Part shown: piece by piece, positions 9,307 to 21,700 of the stretch
Position numbering within the stretch: the first letter of the stretch is position 1
Layout: each line of letters starts with the position of its first letter
Virus record (IMG/VR): IMGVR_UViG_3300031857_000034
Span: 63,759 to 127,758 of that record
Length of the DNA: 64,000 bases
Origin: a virus
Direction: 5' to 3' (one strand)
The notes under the pieces: generated by a model
Told to the model about the DNA's origin: nothing
The model's database searches: none
The model's input: only the letters and a program-made list of their open reading frames with translations
Position numbers and translations under genes: made by a program

Positions 9307-12300
9307 ATGGCCACAACAACTAGACAGACTGCAGTATTTGGGTTGGAAGACTGGAAACGTTTTTATCAAAACTACAGCCAGGCTGACTTTCAAAGCTATG
9401 ACTTTGAAACCATACGCAAGACCTTTGTAGATTATCTGCGTCTGTACTATCCCGAAACATTCAACGATTATACAGAATCTTCAGAATTTATCGCACTGCT
9501 GGATGTCATGGCATTCATGGGTCAGGCTCTGGCCTTCCGCAATGATTTAAATGCAAGAGAAAATTTCATTGACACAGCCGAGCGCAGAGACTCGGTGGTT
9601 AAATTGGCCAACCTAGTAGACTACACTCCCAAACGCAATATACCAGCACAGGGCTATCTCAAGGTGGTGTCAGTGAGCACCACGGAAAATGTGTATGATT
9701 ATCAAGGCAATAATCTAGCCGGCGTCACAATCAATTGGAATGATTTGACCAACGAAAGTTGGTATGATCAATTTACTTCTATAATCAATGCTACCTTGGT
9801 CAACAGCCAGCGTGTGGGCAAACCCGGCGGTACTGCCACTATATTAAATGTGTTGACTGAAGAATATTCGGTGAATATGCAAGCAGGCTATCTGCCTGTT
9901 ATTCCGTTTACTGCCACTGTGGATGGCATATCCATGCCTTTTGAATCAGTGTCGGTCAGTATTCAAAATCAGGACGCCATCGTTGAGCGTGCGCCCAGGC
10001 CCAATTCAGTGTTTAATATCCTGTATCGCAACGATCGCCAGGGCTATGGTTCTACCAACACTGGCTGGTTTTTGTATTTCAAACAGGGTATATTGCTGAA
10101 TCAGGATTTTAATTTTCCTGAAAAAATCAACAACAACAATCAAAATATCAATATCGAAGGTATCAATGACCAAGACGTATGGCTTTATCAACTGGATGAA
10201 GTGGGCAATATCACCAGACTTTGGACTCCAAAAGAAAGTATCTATACTGCTAGCCAATTGGGCAGTTCCGAGCGCAGTCTGCGTACCATTTATTCAATTA
10301 CCAGCAGATCCAATGATCAAATACAGTTTAACTTTGGAGATAACACTTTTGCCGAAGCACCTGTGGGCACATTCCGCACATATGTTCGCCAAAGCAATGG
10401 CCTAACCTATACCATCAATCCTGAAGAAATGCAGTCAGTGGTACTGCAGCTGGGGTATGTTGACCGCAACAACAAAATACAGACCATAACATACACTCTG
10501 AATCTACAGCAGAATATTACCAACAGCCAGGCCAGAGAAGGCATCACTGAAATCAAGCAGCGTGCTCCGTCGAGATTTTACACACAGAATCGCATGGTCA
10601 ACGGTGAGGACTACAATCAGTTTCCCTATAGCCAATATAATTCAATCATCAAATCCAAATCTATTGTGCGCAGTGTGATAGGTGCTGCTCGTAATTTAGA
10701 TTTCCTGGACATCACTGGCAAATATTCTTCAACTAATATATTTGCCGACGATGGCGTGCTGTATGAAGAAGAACAGACTCCGGACTTTGCTTTTGACTTT
10801 TTAGATGTGTCAGATATCAATTCAGTGATCATCAACGGAGTACAACCTATAACACGCACCAAAGAGATGCTGCAGTTCTATTATGAGAATTTTCCACGAC
10901 CAGCATTGAACAGCGTGATCAATCCTTATGGACAAAGCGGTTTGCCTGAGCCTGCTGTGCCCTACTTGTTCTGGCATCAGACTTCAGCCACTACCAATAC
11001 CTGTACTGGTTGGTTTGCCAACATTCCTGCAGCAGGTGGACAGCAATATCCTGTGGCCATTGGCGCAGGCGCCAGTGGCAATCTAGCATATATCAAACAA
11101 AGCGCATTGGTAAAATTTGAAGCACCCTTGGGCAGTTGTTTTGACGCTACCAATAGACTGCAAACACGCACACCTGTACAACAGGGCGATCACACAGTGA
11201 TCTGGGCTACTATTACTCGTGTGATCCGCGACGGCAGCAACCAAGGTCGCGGCGACAACAGTGACGGTACAGGTCCAGTGAGCCTCAACAATTTCGTACC
11301 ACAGGGCGCTATACCTACTCAAGTTATTCCTGTGTTTGTCAACACGTTCGGCACTGAATTGACCAATCTCATGGTGCAAAATATTCTGATCTATAGAAAC
11401 TTTGGTCTAGGCTATGACAATGTTGCTGGCGAATGGTATTTTATCAGCAACACCAATCTTGACGTAGATGCTGCCTTTAACATATCCACAGCAAAAGATC
11501 TCAGCAATACCAACAGCGACGCTGCTTGGATGTTTCAATTCATCACCGACGGTGTCAACTATACTGTGACTTATCGCAATCTCACATATATCTTTGGATC
11601 GGTGAGCCAGTGTAGATTCTTTTTTGATTCTGCAGGACGTATATTTGATGTCAAAAAAGGCAGCATAGTCAATGACTACATCAGTGTGCTACGCAGCAAT
11701 CCCGATGCCAACGCCACACCACCGTACAGTGCCAGTCTATTAGAAGATGTGATATTAGATATCATTGGTCAGCAGACCGAAAGCGATGGCTACGTCAACG
11801 ACTTTGGCGTAGAAGTATCATTTGGCGACTATGATCAAGACACAGTTGCGGATGATCCTGACGTGTTTAATATAGTGGTAGCACCTGATGTGGATCCCGA
11901 CAGCAAATATGTTTTCCTGCAGAGAACACTAGATTTTGATGATCTAGAAAGATATCTCTTGATACCCGAATATGTAATGAACAAGGTGTATGCAACCAAA
12001 GAAGCCATTGAAGCACAGATGGCAGCATATCCGGCTGGACAGTTATTTTTTGCCTATCAAGACAAGACTTTTTGGGAATTGAAAGTAGATGTCTATGGTG
12101 GACGCAGCCTTACTGCCAGAAGTGATTTCCAATACAAAGTTGGGCGTGCGGGCTTGTATTTCCAGTATCGGCATAACAGTCCCAACACACGCAGGATAGA
12201 TCCCGGTACCAGCAATATCATTGATATCTATGTGGTCACAAACAGTTACTACAATGAATATCGCAACTGGATCACAGACACTACCAACACTGTGCCTAAA

Positions 12301-12783
12301 CCCGCTGTGCCTACCATGAGTGAATTAGGACAGGCATATCAAGGACTCAATGAATACAAAATGCTCAGTGACAACATAGTGTTGAATTCTGTGACCTTTA
12401 AACCTTTGTTTGGCGCCAAGGCCGATCCTGAACTCAGAGCTCTGTTCAAAGTGGTGAAAAATTCCAACACCACTGCATCAGATCAAGAAGTCAAGTCTGC
12501 TGTGGTGGCCAGCCTCAATACCTATTTTGACATAGACAACTGGAACTTTGGTCAAACTTTTTATGCTTCTGAGTTGTCGGCCTATTTACACGATACCCTG
12601 GGCACGCTGATTTCGTCTGTGGTATTGGTACCACAGGATCCCAACAAGGCCTTTGGTAATTTGTATGAAATACGTTCTGCCCCCACAGAGATATTTGTCA
12701 ATGCCACCACAGTCAATGACGTGGAGATTATCGCAGCACTGACACCATCTGAGTTACGTATTCAAACCACGGTTAGTTACTAA
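9307..12783 (+). CDS. Baseplate wedge protein, gp6-like
   Basis: YDFETIR...FIALLDVMAF...ENFIDTAERRDSVVKLA...FGD...QNRMVNGEDY motifs typical of gp6/baseplate-J. Follows the gp25-like gene. Confidence 0.85.
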   Translation: MATTTRQTAVFGLEDWKRFYQNYSQADFQSYDFETIRKTFVDYLRLYYPETFNDYTESSEFIALLDVMAFMGQALAFRNDLNARENFIDTAERRDSVVKLANLVDYTPKRNIPAQGYLKVVSVSTTENVYDYQGNNLAGVTINWNDLTNESWYDQFTSIINATLVNSQRVGKPGGTATILNVLTEEYSVNMQAGYLPVIPFTATVDGISMPFESVSVSIQNQDAIVERAPRPNSVFNILYRNDRQGYGSTNTGWFLYFKQGILLNQDFNFPEKINNNNQNINIEGINDQDVWLYQLDEVGNITRLWTPKESIYTASQLGSSERSLRTIYSITSRSNDQIQFNFGDNTFAEAPVGTFRTYVRQSNGLTYTINPEEMQSVVLQLGYVDRNNKIQTITYTLNLQQNITNSQAREGITEIKQRAPSRFYTQNRMVNGEDYNQFPYSQYNSIIKSKSIVRSVIGAARNLDFLDITGKYSSTNIFADDGVLYEEEQTPDFAFDFLDVSDINSVIINGVQPITRTKEMLQFYYENFPRPALNSVINPYGQSGLPEPAVPYLFWHQTSATTNTCTGWFANIPAAGGQQYPVAIGAGASGNLAYIKQSALVKFEAPLGSCFDATNRLQTRTPVQQGDHTVIWATITRVIRDGSNQGRGDNSDGTGPVSLNNFVPQGAIPTQVIPVFVNTFGTELTNLMVQNILIYRNFGLGYDNVAGEWYFISNTNLDVDAAFNISTAKDLSNTNSDAAWMFQFITDGVNYTVTYRNLTYIFGSVSQCRFFFDSAGRIFDVKKGSIVNDYISVLRSNPDANATPPYSASLLEDVILDIIGQQTESDGYVNDFGVEVSFGDYDQDTVADDPDVFNIVVAPDVDPDSKYVFLQRTLDFDDLERYLLIPEYVMNKVYATKEAIEAQMAAYPAGQLFFAYQDKTFWELKVDVYGGRSLTARSDFQYKVGRAGLYFQYRHNSPNTRRIDPGTSNIIDIYVVTNSYYNEYRNWITDTTNTVPKPAVPTMSELGQAYQGLNEYKMLSDNIVLNSVTFKPLFGAKADPELRALFKVVKNSNTTASDQEVKSAVVASLNTYFDIDNWNFGQTFYASELSAYLHDTLGTLISSVVLVPQDPNKAFGNLYEIRSAPTEIFVNATTVNDVEIIAALTPSELRIQTTVSY

Positions 12784-12785
12784 GC

Positions 12786-15700
12786 ATGGCACGCACAGTA
12801 GATTTTTTACCTGAAATATTCCGCACACCCACCAACAAACAGGTGCTACACGCCACCTTGGATCAATTGGTACAAGAGCCGCGCTATGAGCGTGCGCAGG
12901 GTTTTATAGGACAGAAGTTTGGTCCAGGTGTGACCACCGAAGATCGTTACATCGTTGAACCAGACAAAACACGCAGAGACTATCAGTTGGAACCTGCCAC
13001 CATATTCTTGGAAGACGGCAGCCGGCGTGTTATCGATGCACTGACCTATCCCGGATATCTTGATGCGCTGAAAAAAATAAACGGTCCTATCACACGTCCT
13101 GACGAACTGTTTGAGCAAGAATATTATGCTGTGGATTTTTTCATCGACTGGGACAAGTCAGTCAACTACAATCAATATTACTGGCAGTTCCAAGGACCCG
13201 AAACTGTAAGATTAACTGCCCCTGCCACACTGCAGTCTTTTAATGTTGAACAGCAAATTGTAGGCAAGCAGACCTATACCACTGACAATGTGCGGCTGGT
13301 CAGTCCTGCCACCTGGAACAAAACAATCTCATTCAGCAATGGTATGCGTATCCAATTTGTTGGCAATATCACTCCTGCGTTTTATAGGAATCGAGATTTT
13401 TATGTAGAAGGTGTGGGCACTGCTGGGGGTATTAAATTGCTGCCAGTGGATGATTTTGTTATTCCTGAAATTTACAATTATCCTGCCACAGTTCAACGTG
13501 AGCCTATTCCTTGGGACGTTTATCCTTGGGATACCACACTGTGGGACGGAGCAAGACTGGTTCCTGGATCCGACATAGACTATGTGACCATCAATCGCGC
13601 CAGCCGAGATCTAAATCCTTGGACCAGGAGCAACCGTTGGTTCCACGTGGATGTGCTGACTTATTCTGCCGAAATCAACGGCACCGTGGCAGTGATCGAC
13701 GACAACTTCCGCGGCAAGCGTCCTATCTTGGAATTCCGTCCTGACATCAAACTCATACGCTTTGGTACCCAAGGACTGGAGCCCATCAGTTTGATAGACT
13801 ACTCAGTGACCAATGCTTTTACACAAGTGGCAGGTCAGCCCAGTTTTACCATTGACGGCATTGAGTTGTTTGCAGGAATGAAAGTTATTTTTGCTGCGGA
13901 CGAAAATCCCGAAGTCGCACGGCAAGTATATCTGGTACAGCAGATCACTCCTGTGCCGGGTGGACAAAGCCTACTGTATCTTGAAGCCATTGAAGGCCAA
14001 GTGGCTGCCGAAGGATCGGTCACAGTGTGTACCTTGGGTGAGAGCCAGCAGGGCTATAGTTTTTACTACAGCAACGGTGAGTGGAGCACCATCCAACAGA
14101 CACAGCAAAAGACCCATCCCAATCAAGCACCATTGTTTGATGTTTTTGATCAAGACGGAACCAGTTTCAGCAACGCCACAGTGTATCCCGACACCAACTT
14201 TGTGGGATCTCCGCTGTTCAGTTATGCAGTTGGCACCGGAGTGGCCGACGCTGTGTTGAAATTTCCACTGCAGTACAGCGGCGTCAACAATGTGGGAGAC
14301 ATACTATTTTTCTTTAATTTCTACAGAGATTCGTTTACCTATCTCAATAATCTCACTGTAGATCTAGTGGGACTGCGCACCGGATTTGTACATCAATATA
14401 CTGATCGTGTGAATTATGATAGATTGATAGGTTATCAAACTGCCAGCCTTACACCTAATACTACCAATGTTCCTTTGCTGAGCCAGCAGCCGCAAATTTT
14501 TGAATTTGATTATACCGAAGGCAGCATCAAGATAGATGTTGCAGTACTGGAGCAAGATCAATATCCCAGCATCACCAACATCGTGCGCATATCAGTCAAT
14601 GATGTGCTGCAGGATCCAGGAACATATACCTATAGAATCTTGGATGGCAGTAATTTAGAAGTTTACCCAAATGCACAATCCGGAGCCGGTACAGGCGTAC
14701 AAACCGAAATAACTTTTGCAGTTGATCCCGAGCCCACCAGTCTGGTGGTAGTGGCAGCATTGAGCGCTCAGACCAGCAGCACAGGATATTTTTCAGTGCC
14801 CACTAATTTGACAGTAAATGCTCTCAATCAAGATGTCACAGAATGCACCTTGGGCACATTGCGAGATCATTATATAGGCATTTGTCAAAATATACAAGGC
14901 TTTGAAGGTCAGGTTCTGGCTGCCAACAACAGCCGCGATTTAGGCAACCTAGTGCCTTATGGCATCGACCTTATACAACACTCGGCTGCATTGGCCATAC
15001 CAGCAGTATTCTTGCGCGAGCAGGATTATTCTATATCCAGCGCATTGTATTACAGTGCTGTGGAGTACCAACGATATAAAGATCTTGTTTTAGATTACGT
15101 TTGGAAAAACGAATTTATCAATGAAACCACAGCAGAAATATTAGACTCGGCCATTGATGCCTTAAAGTCCAATCGTTCCAGCGATAATCCTTTTTACTGG
15201 AGTGATTGTATTACAGCAGGTATTTTTGAAAGCACCACATATACCTGGTACGAAGAAAGCAGCACCAGTTTTGATCTCATTTACACATATAATTACAGCG
15301 AAGCCAATTATCAAGGTTTGAATGTGTATGTGAATGATGTGATACTGTGCCGGGACAGAGATTATGTAGTTGATACTGTGACCAATACTGTGACTCTGGT
15401 ACCCAGTGTGCTGGCCGACGAAGATATCGTGGTCATACGTGAATATCAACAGACCTATGGCAACTTTGTTCCTGCCACTCCCAGCAGTCTGAGACTGTTT
15501 CCTGCATACTTTCCAGAGATATATGTAGACACTACCTATACCACTCCCACCACTGTGATACGTGGACACGACGGCTCAATCACGCCTGCGTTTGGCGACT
15601 ACAGGGATCAGGTACTATTAGAATTCGAAACACGTATCTACAGCAACATCAAGGGCACCGCCGACTATCCGCTAGACTACAATGAATTTTTGCCTGGCGC

Positions 15701-18700
15701 CTTTCGTGGTGTCACAGCAGACAATATCAATAGCCAGACTATATTGAACAATGAATTTGTACGCTGGTTAGGCAGCAATCGTGTGGACTACAAGCAACAA
15801 GATTTCTTGGTCACCAACGAAAAAACCTGGAACTACAGCCAGACTGGTGCTAAAATCACGTATCCCCAAGGACTGGACGCCGGTGATGCTATTCCCATGC
15901 CTGGTTACTGGCGCCAGATCTATTGGTTGTTTTACGACACCGATGAGCCACAGAACTTTCCTTGGCAGATGCTGGGTTTCAGCAACAAGCCCCTATGGTG
16001 GGACGCTGAATATGGACCAGCACCTTATACCTCAGGTAATCTCTATATGTGGGAAGACATTGCCGCGGGCCGCATCCGCGAGCCAGGCAATGACAGGATT
16101 GACACAGTTTATGCACGTCCTGGCCTGTTAGACATCTTGCCTGTGGATGCGCAGGGCAATCTGTTGTTGCCTTTTACCACCATCGTCGCAGACTACAACC
16201 CAGCCACTTATCAGGCCAATTGGAGCATTGGTGGCGGATCGCCTGCAGAAACAGCGTGGCGCAAATCCTCTGCTTGGCCGTTTGCCATACAAAGACTTTT
16301 GTTTTTATTAAAGCCAGCTCAGTATCTAAACTATTACATTGATCGGGATCAATATAAATTCAACACTGAATTTGATCAATGGCTCTACAACGGTCGCCAA
16401 AGACTGACATCAAATGATTTACAGATCTATGGCGAGGGCACAGCAGTTAATTCTTATGTTAATTTCATTATTGACTACAACAAGAGTTATGGATTGCCCG
16501 GTACTGCCAATCTTGAAGCCAGGATCAACAATCTAGACATACGATTGGCCTATCGTGTGGCAGGTTTCACTGACAAAAGATATCTGCAGTTGCTGAGTGA
16601 TCGCACAAGTCCGGCCACTTACAATCGCAGTCTGCTGATTCCTGACGAAAACTACAACATACTTTTGTATCGCAATGAAGTGTTTGACAGCATCAACTAT
16701 TCGGCAGTGACCATTGAACGCACCGAATCGGGTTGGGCTGTGTACGGCAACAGCATAGCCAATCCGTATTTCCAAATCCTGCCCAGCATCATCAACAACA
16801 ACTATACCACACTGAACATTGGTAATACTACCATACGTATGCAAAAAGATTTTTCAGACACAGTGGTCTTGATTCCCTATGGTTATATCTTTCGCAGTGT
16901 TAACGCAGTGGTAGACTTCTTGTTGAGTTATGGCAAATTCTTGAACACATCGGGATTCGCTTATAACACACTAGAAAATACCGTGTTGCTGAACTGGGAG
17001 CAGATGGCACAGGAATTTGTGTACTGGTACAATCAAGGATGGGCCGTAGGCGCACTGATACAGCTCAATCCCAGCAGCGCCAAATTAGAATTTTATAAAC
17101 AGAATGCAGTGGTAGTGAATCTACTGGAATCCAAACGCGAAGACATTCTGGTCAATCAAAACAAGCAAGCCCTGCGTTTGCGAGACTACAGCGTGTACAG
17201 AGATGGCAACTTGTTTGAACTCACTGCGCTGAATGAAAACACTGTTGGATATGTTAATCTCAAACTCACCAACTATGAACATATCATCATCGTTGACAAC
17301 GTCACAGACTTTGATGATATCATTTATCAGCCATTGACAGGACTGCGCCAGGGGCGCTTGATATATCAAGGTATCAAGTCGGCCGAATGGGATGGCACCA
17401 TGGATGCACCCGGCTTTATCATAAACTTGCCCAGCGTGACCGAATGGGATTCGGGCCTAAAGTATGCCAAAGGCCAAGTGGTCAAGTTCAAAAATTTTTA
17501 TTATCAGGCCAATGTCACTGTGGATCCTGCGGATACATTTGATTACAATCTTTGGAACAAAATAGTTTATCGTCCAGACCAAGAAGGTATGCTGCCCAAC
17601 CTTGCCCTCAAGGCCATACAAAGCACACAGTTTTACGATCAGCACGCTGATAACTTAGACGCCGATTCAGAACTTTTGGGATTTGGACTCACAGGATTCC
17701 GCCCGAGAGAATACATGGCCAGTATCGAACTTGATACTGTGAGTCAAATGAATGCCTATCAAGATTTTATCGGTACCAAAGGCACACCGCGCAGTCTTTA
17801 TTTTTACGATCAGGCAGTGGTCAATGGCGATGATCTCAGTTACGATGTTTACGAAAACTGGGCTATACAGCGTGCCACTTATGGTGCCACGGCTACCAAC
17901 GCCTTTGTTGATTTTACATTAGATGCTACCAAACTTACCGGCAATCCCAGTACCAGCCAGTTTGTGGTCCTGGGCGAATCCACAGAAGCCGATCAAGCCA
18001 CATTGATCACAGACTTGTATGCAGTCAGTCAGCCGGTGAATACCACACAGATACTGCCACAATTACAACAGACATACCCTGACAAGTTTTTGCCCACGGC
18101 AGGATATGTTGACAGCCGCGATGTTGAAATACAGTTGTTCAGCATCGACGACCTCAACAGTCTAAGTGCTGAATTAGACAAAGTCACCAATCTTGCAGAA
18201 GTATGGGTGGCCAAGATCAATCAATCGGACTGGGACGTATACAAATGCCAGAATCTAGTCAACACACTGGTCTTGGCACAAGACAATCTGGATGGCCAGA
18301 CTCTACTTATATTCTCTGGCAATCACGGACTTACTGCAGATCAGACCATAATCATCAAAGAATTCAATGTAGATTTACAGGGCGCGTTCAGAGTCAACAG
18401 CGTTCCTAGTACCAGCACAGTGTTGATAGACAGCCAATTGCCCGACGGCGTGACCACACTTGTGGGCGAAGGCGTGGTTTTTGAACTGTCTTCAGTACAC
18501 GTGGCACAGCCCAGCGACATTGCCGATTTACCTATATTGTTTGACTTGACCAAGACCAACAAGGTATGGGTAGATAACAATGGATCAGGCCGCTGGCAAA
18601 CTTTAGAAAAACAAACGCCTTATACTGATATCAAAGATTACGAATATGCTGGCACAGAATTATTTGGTTCAGCAGTGTGCCAAACCAGCGATAATGCCAA

Positions 18701-21700
18701 CATATTGATAGGTGCTCCAGGCAGTTATACCACAGGAGTGGTCATACCCTACTATCTCGATGGCAATGTTTACACTGCCGAGTCTCCTGTGGCTGTGCCT
18801 TCTGTTTGGACCAACTACAGTGATTTTGGACGTGTGGGCGATGCTGCTGGCAATATTTGGGCTGCGTTTAGTGTAGGACTAGGTACTGTGCCTGGTTTCA
18901 ACACTGATTTCCGTGTTGTGATCATGCAGAAAACTGATCGTGGATTTGAACCACGGCAGTTATTGCCTGGCGGCAGCACTGGCGTAGATGGCAAATTCTC
19001 CGGCGACATAAAATTCAGCCAAGATGCATACTGGCTTTATGTGAGCAACCCGGTTGATAAAAAAGTACAGGCATATCAGCGTAATAGATTCCAGGAACAA
19101 GCCACTGAATTTACCTGTGACGGTGTACAGTTTATTTTCCCAACCGACGATAAAGTACTGGTTGATCGTGGATCACAGTGGTCTGTGACTCTAAACAGCA
19201 CAGTACAGGCCTACAATCAAGATTACACAGCCAATGCCACACGTATCAGTTTCCGTGTACCACCGGCAGCTCCTGTGATTCAAGCAGTAGATAGTATTAC
19301 TTCGGGTTCAACTGTGTTTACAGTTACCAGCATCAATGGATTGGCTGCGGGACAACAAGTTTCTGGCATGGGTATAGCAGTGGGCAGCAAAGTTGTATCC
19401 ATTGATACCACCAATAATGCAGTGACCATTGATCGGGCTATCACGCTCACGGGTACCAATGTAGATATCACGTTTACCAACATGATATATGTGTCTCGCT
19501 GGGGCACAGATCCTGATTCAGCATATTGGGGATTTGGTGCCAATCCATTGAAACCCAATGGTATCACTAGATCGTTCCCCATTGATATGCTGGCAGGCGC
19601 AACTCCTGATCCCGAATCAGTGGGAGTTTACTACAACGGCGAACTCATGAGATTTAATAATTCTCCAGCCGTAGACGGAGATTACATCTATGATTATGTT
19701 AATCGTCAGATAGTTTTTAACTTTACGCCGCCTGCTACGTCATCCCAGGCAGTAACTTACTTGGCTCAAGATTATTTTACCGCTGTCACAGATGTTGTCA
19801 ACCATGCAGGACTGTCTTTTGGTATCAGTTGCGCTACTGACAATGATGGTTCAGTGCTGGCGGTGGGCGATGCAGATGCAAACACTAGTAATATTGACAT
19901 AGATGCCGACGGTGTGGCCTATGTTTATGACCGGGGCACTGTGTCTCACATGGTCAGTAATGTCAGCACTAGACTGTACTCTACTCCTTCTCCCATTCTT
20001 GGTCAGCCGCAGGTTTATCTCAACGGTCAATTATTATATCCTGACACAGGCATGACCATTGGAAGTTATGTTTATGAACCGGTATCGGGCACGGATTACA
20101 CAGGCAATACTGCTGTGAGATTCAACGAAGGCGTGATTGATTCTGTGGGAGATATTGTAGATATCAGTTACAACAAACTGTCTACTATCCAGATCGTTAC
20201 CAATCCGCAGTCTAATGCCAGCGGCAGCGAATTTGGCACAGCAGTAAGTTTTAATTCCAGCGGATCTGCAATCTTGGTAGGCGCGCCCAACGGCAATACT
20301 TCGGTATTGGGTGCAGGTTTTGCAGCCAGGATCGAAAATCAAACAGCAATTTATGGCAGCATCACAGGGACCACAGTTAATCCTGTTGTCACAGCAGGCT
20401 CTAGTCTAAGACTCGACAACTATTATGTAGAATTTGATGCTGCAAATATAACATCGGTTTCATTATCCAATGTCTGTAGCATCACAACATCAGCTCCGCA
20501 TGGATTTTACAACGGCGAAACAGTTGTCATCAACGGTCTAAATGGCGGCGTTCTCAATCTCAATAACAAACCATACTATGTACGTGTCACGGGTTCGACT
20601 ACATTTAACATTTTTGATTATGGTACTATTAGCAATGTCACAGCCAGCAGCAAAGTAGTGGTCACCAGTAATGTAGCAGCCAATATCGATCTGGGTCTGG
20701 CTATACAGGTGTTCAATCCAGTGGAAATTTCCCAAGTGCAGGGCATAGCCAATGTCAACAATACCACTGCCAATCCTTATTGGCTGGCTAGAAAAGCCAA
20801 CGGCAATAGCACTACACAGATGGAACTGTTCCGCGGCGTTGGTATATTTGACATCTTGTCGGCCACTGAAGGTAATGTGGCACAGACCCTGGTGCTGACT
20901 TCCACCAATCCAAATATCACGAGAGGTACCGCAGTGGTATTGGAAAGCAATTCTGCTGCCATCAACAACACAGTGGTTTATGCTGGCAACATAGGAGTAT
21001 ACAATCACGGATCAGGCAGCACCTATAACAGTTTCGTTCTTTATACAGATCCAGCATTGATATTTCCAGTATCGCCTATAGGCAACACTGGACCCGGTGG
21101 TACCGTGGGCATATTCATTGATGGCACAGGATGGGGCAACTATGCTAGTGGAGGTCAGGTCCTACGATACATTGACACCACGGGATTAACGCCAGCATAC
21201 AATGCCAGTACCAGCCAAGGCACTGCATTTGATGGAAGCCTTGATGGAGTTGTAAATGTAATTAACAATCAAGGCATATCCAATCTGCAGGCCGCTAATG
21301 CTGCAGGAAAACTACAACTGTCGGTAATAAATGCCAATGCTGCTATTCCCAATGAATTATTAAGTGTGCTGCCTGGAACGGAAACAACTTACACCTCTGG
21401 GGCCATGTATCAGTTGGGATTGTCTCCTTATTACGGTGCTGGAGCGCAGATCATAGGCGGGAGTTATCCTGCATACGGCAGTAGATTCGGCTTCCGCATA
21501 GATCAAGACTGGATTACCAATCAAACAGTGATCAGCAGTGAGTTCGGTACTGCTGCTGCCGAGACAACCTTTGATCTAGATACCACAACATTTGACGGCC
21601 GTACAACGAGATTTGATGATCTTTATGCCAAATCAGGATCGGTAGATGTTTATGATCTGTTGGTCAGTGCCAATGCCAGCAAGGATAATCCCAGCAAACT

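Noticed and set aside
5672-12783. Bacterial T6SS or extracellular contractile injection system
   Set aside because: The context (thyX, tRNA, late promoters, dense small ORFs, giant wedge protein and tail fibre) indicates a phage genome, and no T6SS membrane-complex genes are present.
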